A stretch of 27,105 nt of DNA from Candidatus Aenigmatarchaeota archaeon (GTDB lineage Archaea > EX4484-52). This document shows, piece by piece, positions 15,750 to 24,000 of the stretch. The DNA lies in NCBI GenBank assembly GCA_023137195.1, contig JAGLPV010000028.1, positions 1 through 27,105 of the forward strand, written 5' to 3'. The notes below the pieces were generated by a model that ran no database searches, was not told the origin of the DNA, and was given only the letters and a program-made list of their open reading frames with translations. Position numbers and translations under genes: made by a program. Within the stretch, counting starts at the first letter, position 1. Each line of letters starts with the position of its first letter.

Positions 15750-16976
15750 TTATCTATTATCTTTTTCCAAAAAATAATTGAGTTGATTTTTTATTATATC
15801 CTTTAATTTATATTCTATCTTAAATCCTAATTTTTCTATCTTTTCTGTATCAGATAATAAGATTGGAACTTCTGCCGGTCTGAATCTCTTTGAATCAAAT
15901 TCAATTGGAATTTTACCTTGATCGGTATGAACCCATATTCCTTTGTCTTCAATGGAAAAGTTCAGTTTTTCTTTGAGCATTAATGCATCTACTTTGGTCT
16001 TTTCAAATTCAACGCCAAAGAATTTTGACATATCTATTTCAGTTGGATTTTCCACAACTTTGTTGTTTTTTATGCTTTCAATTTTTTTTATTTGCCATCC
16101 TGCGTTTTCCAGGCTCAATAAAATATAACTTAAAATTGAATTAGTTCGCATTGATCCCTGGTTGTAGACTTCTCCTGGTTTTCCTTTCTCTGCAAGAAGG
16201 CAATAGCCTTTTACTACATCCATTACATAAGTCCAATCGCGGAAGGCGTTTACATTTCCTATAGTGATTTTATTGACTTCGCCCAGTTTCAATTGCATTA
16301 CTTGTTTTGTTACGACAGAGGTGACAAACATAGTTCCTCTGCCTGCGCCTTCATGATTAAAACCCCTGGAAACTATTGTTTTTAATCCATAACTATGGTA
16401 ATAATTTCTCATCAAATAATCACAATGAATTTTACTGACCGCATAAGGAGACATTGGTCTTAATGGATTTGATTCTCTGATTGGAAGTTCAGGGATATTG
16501 GTCGGTTCCGGGAAAATTGTTCCGTATTTGCTTACAGCTTTTTTGTATTGTTTGTCTGATGAAAAAACCAAGCCGTACTCTTCACCTGATCCTGCAAAAA
16601 CAATCGTTGGATTTTGGTTTTTGATTCTTATTGCTTCAAGTAAATTTGCTGTTCCTCTTGTATTGCTCTCTGTTGTTTCCAATGGGTGGCTGAAAGACCG
16701 GGGGATAAAAGACTGCGCGGCAAGATGAAATACAAAGTTCGGTTGCGATTCATCTAATGCAAGACCAAGACTTGAGATGTCGGTTACATCTCCTTCAATT
16801 AACTTTACTTTGTTGTGTATGCCCCTGCACAGGAGATTCTTTGAAACAACCCCGTCTGCCCTCCTTCGAATTAATCCATAAACATTTGCTTTTTTATCGA
16901 GTAGATGTTTTGCTAAATAAGAGCCAACAAACCCATTTACTCCGGTTATCAATATATTTTTATTTTTCCATTCCAT
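15750..16976 (-). CDS. gmd: GDP-mannose 4,6-dehydratase
   Basis: ITGVNGFVGSYLA, HLAAQSFIPRSF, PMSPYAVSK, FNHEGAGRG..FVT, GN..AFRDW, RPAEVPIL. Likely start is ATG 16976 (ORF track 16997). Confidence 0.85.
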   Translation of the reverse strand: MEWKNKNILITGVNGFVGSYLAKHLLDKKANVYGLIRRRADGVVSKNLLCRGIHNKVKLIEGDVTDISSLGLALDESQPNFVFHLAAQSFIPRSFSHPLETTESNTRGTANLLEAIRIKNQNPTIVFAGSGEEYGLVFSSDKQYKKAVSKYGTIFPEPTNIPELPIRESNPLRPMSPYAVSKIHCDYLMRNYYHSYGLKTIVSRGFNHEGAGRGTMFVTSVVTKQVMQLKLGEVNKITIGNVNAFRDWTYVMDVVKGYCLLAEKGKPGEVYNQGSMRTNSILSYILLSLENAGWQIKKIESIKNNKVVENPTEIDMSKFFGVEFEKTKVDALMLKEKLNFSIEDKGIWVHTDQGKIPIEFDSKRFRPAEVPILLSDTEKIEKLGFKIEYKLKDIIKNQLNYFLEKDNR

Positions 16977-16989
16977 TTTTACCACACAT

Positions 16990-18126
16990 TTAATCAATCA
17001 TAATTTTATTATAAAAAGCCTCTGTTCTTTCTGCTATTTTTCCCCAGCAAAATTCTTTTGCATCTTTTTTTGCTTCTTTTTTCATTTTTTTTAAGACCTC
17101 TTCGTTTTCAAGTAAATACACAATTTTTTCTGCGATTTTTTCTTTTGATAGTTTAGTTACATATCCATCAATCCCGTCCGAAACAAATTCAACTGTTGCA
17201 TTATCCTTATGTTTTACTGTTATTACTGGTGTCCCACAGCAAAGTGCCTCTACAGCGACCATGCCAAAACCTTCGCGAGAGGATGGCAGGACAAATAATT
17301 TTGAGGATTTCATATATGAATGAACATCATCTACAAATCCAAGGAAATCAATATTGTCTGTTATTTTCAATTCTGATGCGAGTTGTTCTAATTTTATTTT
17401 TTCAGATCCATCTCCAATTAACCCGAGCTTTATTTTCGGGAATTTATTTTTTGCCAAGGCAATAGCGTTTATCAGAACATCAATATTTTTGTGTTCTGAA
17501 AGTCTGCCTGCATAAAGCACATCATATTTTTTTGGTGCTTTTTCAATATTTTTTATTTTATCAATATCAACGCCATTGTAAATTATGACACCTTTCCTGA
17601 GTTTTTTTCTTGTATGTCCCGAATTTACAATAAATTCATTTGGCAGTACAGAGCATATTTTTTCATTTACGAATCCTGCGGTTCCTTTCAAAAAGCCGAA
17701 ATATTTGCACCAGTATTTTAATCCCCATACTTCGTGCCATGTTGCAATAAGTGGTTTTTTCTTTAAAATGCAGTATGCCTTTGCGACATAGATTGGGAAA
17801 AAAGGGAACTCACTTACATCGACAATGTCATAATCTTCTTTAAATAGTGGTTTAATTAGACTTAATGAAAAATCAATGGCTTGTGATATCTTTCTTTTTC
17901 CGTTAGAAGAATATAATTTGTGCGGTTTGCAGACACCGTGAAGGATTAGATTTTCATTGATTTTCAAATCAGTTTCTCCTTTCCAGAATTTCATACAGTA
18001 GATGTGCACATTGTTGGATTTTGATAGTCGCGTTGCGATTTCACTGATTCTTTTTTCTACGCCTCCTTTGACATAAGGGTAATATACATCAGTAATCATT
18101 GCGATTTTCATAAATAAGTCACTCAT
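16990..18126 (-). CDS. Glycosyltransferase family 4 (GT-B)
   Basis: YYPYVKGGVEKR; YAGRLSEHKNID; PSSREGFGMVAVEALCCGTPVI. Confidence 0.94.
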   Translation of the reverse strand: MSDLFMKIAMITDVYYPYVKGGVEKRISEIATRLSKSNNVHIYCMKFWKGETDLKINENLILHGVCKPHKLYSSNGKRKISQAIDFSLSLIKPLFKEDYDIVDVSEFPFFPIYVAKAYCILKKKPLIATWHEVWGLKYWCKYFGFLKGTAGFVNEKICSVLPNEFIVNSGHTRKKLRKGVIIYNGVDIDKIKNIEKAPKKYDVLYAGRLSEHKNIDVLINAIALAKNKFPKIKLGLIGDGSEKIKLEQLASELKITDNIDFLGFVDDVHSYMKSSKLFVLPSSREGFGMVAVEALCCGTPVITVKHKDNATVEFVSDGIDGYVTKLSKEKIAEKIVYLLENEEVLKKMKKEAKKDAKEFCWGKIAERTEAFYNKIMID

Positions 18127-18154
18127 TTATTCTATACTTTTAAAAGAACAAAAC

Positions 18155-18193
18155 TATATAAACGTATGGTTTTTTACTATTTTTAAGTGGTAA
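18155..18193 (-). promoter_or_regulatory. TATA box plus upstream operator-like palindrome (copy A of a 39-bp duplication)
   Basis: TTTATATA on the minus strand about 29 bp before ATG 18126; 36/39 identical to 20120-20158. Confidence 0.6.
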
Positions 18194-18207
18194 CAGAATC
18201 TATCTCA

Positions 18208-18373
18208 ATTCACGGAACGCACGGAACCCACAGGAAGCGGATTCATTCTCTTCTTCTATGTTCTTGTGAGTTATTCAATGAAATTGAATATGCAGAAAAT
18301 CATAGAAAGTCATCGGTCTTTGACCGATGTGCGGAAAATCAAAGATTTTCCTGCATTCCCGTATCCTGTGGAT
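18208..18373 (-). repeat. Palindromic element R5 (same family as R1-R4, minus orientation)
   Basis: Reverse complement reads ATCCACAGGATACGGGAATGCAGGAAAATCTTTGATTTTCCGCA...CACAAGAACATAGAAGAAG...TTCCTGTGGGTTCCGTGCGTTCCGTGAAT. Confidence 0.9.
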
Positions 18374-18374
18374 T

Positions 18375-19310
18375 TTATTGGGTCTGTTTTTTTGACTCTT
18401 TAATAAGCTCATCAATCCCGTCCTCAAGGCTGTGCTTTGCTGTAAATCCAATGGTTTCTTTTGCTTTTTTCGTATCCGCAAGAGTGTGCATTACATAACA
18501 TTTAATTGGATTTGGAATTACATGTTCCTTTTCAATAGTGGTTCCAAGTTTTTTATTTAAAATATCAATCATTTCATTTATTGTGTATGATTTTCCTGTT
18601 CCTGCGTTGATGAAGTCAGAAAACCCGTTTTTGCCTTCGAGGTGTTTCATCGCGAGGACAAATGCTTCTACAATATCGTCAGCATAGGTAAAGTCGCGGG
18701 TCTGGTTTCCGTCGCCGTAAACGACCGGCTTTTTCCCGTCCTGCAAATCCCACATGAACTGGGATATTAGGTTTGCGTATGTTTTTTTTGCTTTTTCTTT
18801 CTTGCCGTATACAGAGAATAATCTTAATCCTATGACATTTACACCGTGCTGGTTGGCGTACAGTTCAGATATCCTTTCCATTCCATATCTTCCTTCTGTG
18901 TAGTAGTCCGTTACCAGGACTTCCATCTTTTCGTGGTGGTGTGGTTCCTGACCGGAATATACAGAAGAGGTTGATGCAAAGACAACCGGTATTTTTTTTG
19001 ATTTGGCTTTTTCAAGTACATTGATATGCTCGTTTATGATTTTGCCCACCAGAGACGGGTCTTTCTTGTACATTGGCGAGGATGAAGAGATACCGAGGTG
19101 GTAAATTCCGTCAACGTCCTCAAATATTTCATCATTAAAATCTATGTCAAGCACATCTGATTCAATAAATTTTGCATCAGGATGCACGTTTTCTTTTGAG
19201 CCGGTATGTAAATTATCTATGATTATGACTTCGTTGCCTTCTTCTATCAGTCTGTCTGCCAGGGTTGATCCTACAAACCCGGCTCCGCCGGTTACTATGT
19301 ATTTTTTCAT
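18375..19310 (-). CDS. NAD-dependent epimerase/dehydratase (extended SDR)
   Basis: VTGGAGFVGS, IDNLHTG, ASTSSVY, LRLFSVYG, YGDGNQTRDFTY. True start is ATG 19310 (ORF track 19379 overlaps the upstream gene). Confidence 0.92.
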   Translation of the reverse strand: MKKYIVTGGAGFVGSTLADRLIEEGNEVIIIDNLHTGSKENVHPDAKFIESDVLDIDFNDEIFEDVDGIYHLGISSSSPMYKKDPSLVGKIINEHINVLEKAKSKKIPVVFASTSSVYSGQEPHHHEKMEVLVTDYYTEGRYGMERISELYANQHGVNVIGLRLFSVYGKKEKAKKTYANLISQFMWDLQDGKKPVVYGDGNQTRDFTYADDIVEAFVLAMKHLEGKNGFSDFINAGTGKSYTINEMIDILNKKLGTTIEKEHVIPNPIKCYVMHTLADTKKAKETIGFTAKHSLEDGIDELIKESKKQTQ

Positions 19311-19312
19311 AT

Positions 19313-19990
19313 TTATTTCCCTCTTTTTGTTAATTTCTTTTTTATCAAAAATCCTAAATTTAAAAACCCGTCTTTCCATGCGCAGAGTTTTACAGTTCCT
19401 GTCCTTATTTTGTAATGGACAGGCACTTCTTTTACCTTGAATCCGTTTCGGAAAGCTTCTATCTTGATTTCTTCTGAAAATGGCATCCCGTCGCTTGTCA
19501 GCTCCAGGTCGTCAAGGAGTTTTTTCTTAAATGCCCACATGCCGGACTGGGAATCGTTGATATTGGAAGAATGCAGTAGATTCATTATTTTTGTCAGGAT
19601 TTTGTTGCCAATAATATTTCTTGGTGTCATTGCATTTGCTTCCATGCTTGCGAACCTGTTTGTTGTGATGAAGTCGAGATTTTCTTTTATGAGCATGTTT
19701 ACCAGTTCAGGTATTTTTTCAGCAGGATAAGTGTTGTCTGCGTCAAGAGTCACAATTATGTCTCCTTTTGCATGTTCAAATCCTGTCCTATATGCTCTGC
19801 CGTATCCCTTTCGTTTTTCAATTATTACGCGTGCTCCCCTGGATTCTGCTATTTTGACAGTGATGTCATGTGAGTCTCCGTCGACAACTATTATCTCTGT
19901 TTTTCCCGGGAGTTTTCTCAGGGGGATTGAGTCAATCACTTTGCCGATTCCGGATTCCTCGTTTAATGCAGGTATTATTATGCTTATCAT
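19313..19990 (-). CDS. Glycosyltransferase family 2 (dolichol-phosphate glycosyltransferase-like)
   Basis: ISIIIPALNEE, VVDGDSHD, GYGRAY, TLDADNTY, DSQSGMWAF. Confidence 0.93.
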   Translation of the reverse strand: MISIIIPALNEESGIGKVIDSIPLRKLPGKTEIIVVDGDSHDITVKIAESRGARVIIEKRKGYGRAYRTGFEHAKGDIIVTLDADNTYPAEKIPELVNMLIKENLDFITTNRFASMEANAMTPRNIIGNKILTKIMNLLHSSNINDSQSGMWAFKKKLLDDLELTSDGMPFSEEIKIEAFRNGFKVKEVPVHYKIRTGTVKLCAWKDGFLNLGFLIKKKLTKRGK

Positions 19991-20119
19991 ATTCTGTTTT
20001 ATTAATTTATAGTTTCAATAAAAATCATGCAGTTTTTTATAGGTATATAGGAGCATGATTTTTTTGATGTTGTATCTGATGTTATTTATACTATTTGTTA
20101 TACAATAGAAAAGAGAATT

Positions 20120-20160
20120 TATATAAATGTATGGTTTTTTACTATTTTTTAGTAGTAAAA
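20120..20160. promoter_or_regulatory. Copy B of the 39-bp promoter/operator duplication; TTTTACTA-N8-TAGTAAAA palindrome
   Basis: 36/39 identity with 18155-18193; perfect 8-bp arms at 20137-20144 and 20153-20160. Confidence 0.55.
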
Positions 20161-20248
20161 ATTAACTTTCACAAAATGTTATTTTTTTTTGAATTTAGTT
20201 TTGGATTTTTGCAGGTTGTATTTATATGCTTTTTCTCAAATTAGAGAT

Positions 20249-20467
20249 ATGAAAGATAAGGATTTTACTGTTTTGATTGAGCAGGGAGAAGATGGCATGT
20301 ATGTTGGAATAGTTTCGGATATTGATGGATGTCACACACAGGGAAAAACAATTCCTGAAGTTTTAGAGAGAACAAAAGAAGCTATAGAAGTGTGCATGGA
20401 ATCAGGAGACAAGGAAATTGTGCCGTTGGAGTTTGTTGGCGTTCAAAAAATCAGGGTTGTAGTATGA
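20249..20467 (+). CDS. HicB-like (UPF0150) antitoxin
   Basis: FTVLIEQGEDGMYVGIVSDIDGCHTQGKTIPEVLERTKEAIE...FVGVQKI; likely start ATG 20249. Confidence 0.88.
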   Translation: MKDKDFTVLIEQGEDGMYVGIVSDIDGCHTQGKTIPEVLERTKEAIEVCMESGDKEIVPLEFVGVQKIRVVV

Positions 20468-20510
20468 TAAAATTGTCCGGAATGGATTTATGCAAAGATT
20501 GGGTTTTTCC
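20464..20510 (+). pseudogene. Possible hicA toxin remnant
   Basis: An ATGA overlap with the hicB stop reads MIKLSGMDLCK, followed by out-of-frame TTG GGT TTT (LGF). This resembles the HicA N-terminus (xSGxELxKxLxxLGF); the rest is absent. Confidence 0.4.
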
Positions 20511-20533
20511 AAGGCTTATGCTTTTTTTTAAAT

Positions 20534-21529
20534 TTAGAGCATTTTGATGATGTCAATTACTCTGCATGAATAGCCCCATTCATTGTCGTACCATGCGCCT
20601 ATTTTCAGGAGTTTTCCGTTGATTACTTTTGTCAGGTTGGCGTCAAAGATAGAGGATGCCGGGTTGTCTATGATGTCCCTTGAGACAAGAGGGTCCTCGG
20701 AATATTCCAGGACTCCTTTCATATGATGCCGAGAGACATTTTTGAATAGCTTGTTCACTTCTTCTGTTGTGGTTGCTTTTTTTACGTTGCAGACAAAATC
20801 AGTGAAGGATCCGTCCGGTGTCGGGACACGGACTGCAATGCCGTCCATCTTTCCTTTTAACGTGGGGATTACTTCTGATACTGCTTTTGTGGCGCCGGTC
20901 GAGGTCGGTATCATTGAGAGTGCCGCGCTTCTTGCACGCCTTAAATCACTATGAGGGGCATCTAATAATTTCTGGTCTCCGGTATATGAATGTACTGTTG
21001 TCATGAATGCACTGACAATGCCGAGGTTGTCTTCCAGTACTTTGGCGATAGGTGCAAGGCAGTTTGTTGTGCATGATGCATTTGATATTATGTTGTGTTT
21101 TTTCGGGTCGTATTTGTCTTCATTGACTCCTTTTACAACAACAAAATCAACTTTATCTTTTGCAGGCGCAGTAATTATCACTTTTTTTGCTCCTGCATCA
21201 ATATGCTTTTGAGCTCCTGCTCTTGACCTGAAAAAGCCTGTTGATTCAACTACTACTTCTGCTCCTGTTTTTTTCCATGGCAGTTCTGTTGGGTCTTTTT
21301 TTGCAAAGACAGGGATTTTTTTGCCGTTCACTATTATGGCATTTTCTTCGCAGGAAACAGTTCCGTTGAATTTCCCGTGGACTGAATCATATTTCAAGAG
21401 GTATGCCAGTGTCTTTGTGTCTGTCAAGTCATTTAGTGCGACAAATTCAATTCCTGGGTCATCAAAACCTGCTTTAAAAACCATCCTTCCTATCCGTCCA
21501 AAACCATTGATTGCAACTTTTTTTACCAT
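20534..21529 (-). CDS. gap: Glyceraldehyde-3-phosphate dehydrogenase, class I (bacterial type)
   Basis: AINGFGRIGR, LLKYDSVHG, SNASCTTNCLAP, RVPTPDGS, WYDNEWGYS. Confidence 0.97.
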   Translation of the reverse strand: MVKKVAINGFGRIGRMVFKAGFDDPGIEFVALNDLTDTKTLAYLLKYDSVHGKFNGTVSCEENAIIVNGKKIPVFAKKDPTELPWKKTGAEVVVESTGFFRSRAGAQKHIDAGAKKVIITAPAKDKVDFVVVKGVNEDKYDPKKHNIISNASCTTNCLAPIAKVLEDNLGIVSAFMTTVHSYTGDQKLLDAPHSDLRRARSAALSMIPTSTGATKAVSEVIPTLKGKMDGIAVRVPTPDGSFTDFVCNVKKATTTEEVNKLFKNVSRHHMKGVLEYSEDPLVSRDIIDNPASSIFDANLTKVINGKLLKIGAWYDNEWGYSCRVIDIIKML

Positions 21530-21541
21530 AATAAATAATAT

Positions 21542-21583
21542 AATAGTTTACAATATTTATAAATATATCTTCTTGTAACTATT
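21542..21583. promoter_or_regulatory. Putative bidirectional promoter between gap and the GT28-like gene
   Basis: Perfect palindrome ATATTTATAAATAT (21553-21566) in a 54-bp divergent intergenic region. Confidence 0.55.
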
Positions 21584-22666
21584 ATGAAAGTCTACATCTC
21601 GTGCAATGGTCTGGGGCTGGGGCATGTAGGGCGGTCTTTAGCCTATGCAAACAAATTGAGGGATAGGGGTGATGAAGTTGTTTTTGCTTCATGGGGTCCT
21701 GCTGTGAAGTTTGCAAAAGGAGAAGGATACCGGTGCTATCGTCTCCCGGCTGTCGACTGGTATGATAGAGATGACGGGTCTTTGGATTTTTTCAGGACTG
21801 TTCTTTACAGCCCGTTAATCTTATATCGGATGCTGAAATTGTTGAAGGAAGAAAGACAGATTATTGAAAAAGAAGCTCCTTCAGTTGTTGTTTCAGACAG
21901 CAACTTCGGGCATATCGCGGCAAAAAAACTAGGTATTCCTTCAATTTTCCTGACTCACCAGATAACATTCAGGCAGGGTGGAAAACTGCTCGATAAAATA
22001 TTTGGTTTCCTGCACAAAAGCAATTTTTTAAAGGCAGACAAGATTTGCATAAATGACCTCAAATACCCGGACAATATTTATTCCCTTTCTGTTTTGGAAA
22101 ATGAGAAAGCAATATGCGTTGGTCCTTTGATCCGGGTTAACCCGGGCATACAGCAGAAGAAAAACAAAAAAAAGATGTGCTTTATCCTGGTTTCCGGTCC
22201 AAAGCAAAGTCCTTATGCATTTGAAAAAGAGATTCTTGGCGTGGAAGATGAGTTGCATGGGATGGAGGACTGGGAGTTTGTCATAAAGACTCCTTCGGAA
22301 ATTGAGGGAAAAGGCAATATTCGTTATGTCCGGTGGCTGGACAGTGTGCATGAATATTTATGTAAATGCGATGTTTTTGTGTCCAGAAGTGGATATTCTA
22401 CTGTATGCGATGCGCTCGCGTATGCCAGGAAGAGTATATTTATACCACAGATAAATCAAAGGGAACAGGAAATAATCGCAGATTATCTCGACAAAAAGCA
22501 GATGGCTGTTGCGTTAGAGCAAGGAGAAATGAAAAAACTGCCCGGGTTGATTAAAGAGTCGTATGAAAATACCAAAATGCAGGAAAAATTAGATGAATTT
22601 TCCTCTTTGATTGGGAAAAATAAAGGGGCGGAAAATATTATCCGGGTTATTGATGATTTAAAATAA
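21584..22666 (+). CDS. GT-B glycosyltransferase, GT28/MurG-like
   Basis: NGLGLGHVGRS, VVVSD, FVSRSGYSTVCDAL...IP...QREQ. Confidence 0.85.
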   Translation: MKVYISCNGLGLGHVGRSLAYANKLRDRGDEVVFASWGPAVKFAKGEGYRCYRLPAVDWYDRDDGSLDFFRTVLYSPLILYRMLKLLKEERQIIEKEAPSVVVSDSNFGHIAAKKLGIPSIFLTHQITFRQGGKLLDKIFGFLHKSNFLKADKICINDLKYPDNIYSLSVLENEKAICVGPLIRVNPGIQQKKNKKKMCFILVSGPKQSPYAFEKEILGVEDELHGMEDWEFVIKTPSEIEGKGNIRYVRWLDSVHEYLCKCDVFVSRSGYSTVCDALAYARKSIFIPQINQREQEIIADYLDKKQMAVALEQGEMKKLPGLIKESYENTKMQEKLDEFSSLIGKNKGAENIIRVIDDLK

Positions 22667-22749
22667 GCATTATGAACCGAAAGATTTATATAATTTAAAA
22701 TGACATTTATAGTAATATATAGTATATATTGATTATATAAGGTAAAAAT

Positions 22750-23313
22750 ATGGAAAAGGAAACAAAAGTATTTGTAATTGCAGTTAGTTTATTGATTGTT
22801 GTTGGAATGCAGGGATATGCTGCTACATCCGATGAACATACAACATCGTCCAATGTGACGATAAGTAATTATGTGGCAGTAGGTCTGTCGACAAATCTGT
22901 CAACCGGAATTTTGTTTGGTGAGATAGATCCAAATACACTCAACAATAATGCGACGCATGATTATGATGGAGCAGCCAGTGCGACAACATATTATGTTGA
23001 TGTGAGTAGTGACAGTAATATAAACATAGATATGTGTATAAAGGACAATACGCATTTAACAAGAACAGCAGGCGGAGTGATTGCAAATGGAAACTACACA
23101 TGGGCGGACAATGCAACGGCAAATTCAGTTGCAATGAGTCCGGCAAATAGTTATGTTATGCCTACAGCTTACCATAGAACAAATGTAACAGATATTGCAC
23201 CCGGATCCAATGATTATTTCAGGTTCTGGTTGGATGTACCAGGCGGACAAACACCAGGTAGTTATAATAATACTGTGTATTTCAAAGGCATAGTTACTGC
23301 AGGTTCCTGTTAA
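22750..23313 (+). CDS. Secreted beta-sandwich surface protein (putative filament/pilin-like subunit)
   Basis: Signal peptide ending GYA-A, no membrane anchor, 7 N-x-S/T sequons, ILFGEIDP near the N-terminus, FWLDVPGGQTPGSYNNTVYF at the C-terminus; CCGAAAGATTTATATA promoter-like motif upstream. Confidence 0.75.
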   Translation: MEKETKVFVIAVSLLIVVGMQGYAATSDEHTTSSNVTISNYVAVGLSTNLSTGILFGEIDPNTLNNNATHDYDGAASATTYYVDVSSDSNINIDMCIKDNTHLTRTAGGVIANGNYTWADNATANSVAMSPANSYVMPTAYHRTNVTDIAPGSNDYFRFWLDVPGGQTPGSYNNTVYFKGIVTAGSC

Positions 23314-23328
23314 TCAATAAATCAAAAT

Positions 23329-24000
23329 ATGAAAACGAAATCAAGAGTGTTATTTTTTTTTATAATTATCTCTTTATTGATTATGCCTCTTTTGACATAT
23401 GCAACCGTAGGTATAGGGATCAAATGGTTTACAGATACAGAATTTGTGTCTGAGAATTCGCAGAAATGCATATCCTATGGTCTTTACAATCCTTTTGATG
23501 AAGATGTAATCGGGTATTTGACCGCAACAAAAGGTTTGGAAGATATTTATGAAGCAGAAGATTCTAAATTAATTTTTGCCGGGGTGGCAAGCAATAAATC
23601 TATAGGTACGAAAATATGTTTTAGTATCCCCCAGGTTTACGAAAAGGATTGTCTTATAGGTAATATATTTTTGTGCAAAAGAACGTGTGAAGATGGAGTG
23701 GGAATACCTCTTGTTCGGGATGAAGATTCAATAACAGGCAAAGCTGAATTTAAAAAGATAATTTATGAAGGAGAAGTAATGGCGTCATATACTCTCAACA
23801 CCGGTGGAGGGGCTGTTGGTTCAGCGACAGGAACATCATTTGCAGCACCATTGAAATTAACAGTCCGGTGCGAGGCAGAGGAAAGAAACTGGATGCCGGT
23901 ATATATAGTACTATTGGTATTGATAATATTGATGTACCTGGCGGTGTTGAAAAGAAAAAAAAGGGATAAAAAAGATGTATGGAATTACAAAAAGAAGTAA
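23329..24000 (+). CDS. Secreted protein with C-terminal transmembrane anchor and basic tail
   Basis: N-terminal signal peptide, Cys-containing beta-rich domain, WMPVYIVLLVLIILMYLAVL followed by KRKKRDKK. Confidence 0.8.
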   Translation: MKTKSRVLFFFIIISLLIMPLLTYATVGIGIKWFTDTEFVSENSQKCISYGLYNPFDEDVIGYLTATKGLEDIYEAEDSKLIFAGVASNKSIGTKICFSIPQVYEKDCLIGNIFLCKRTCEDGVGIPLVRDEDSITGKAEFKKIIYEGEVMASYTLNTGGGAVGSATGTSFAAPLKLTVRCEAEERNWMPVYIVLLVLIILMYLAVLKRKKRDKKDVWNYKKK

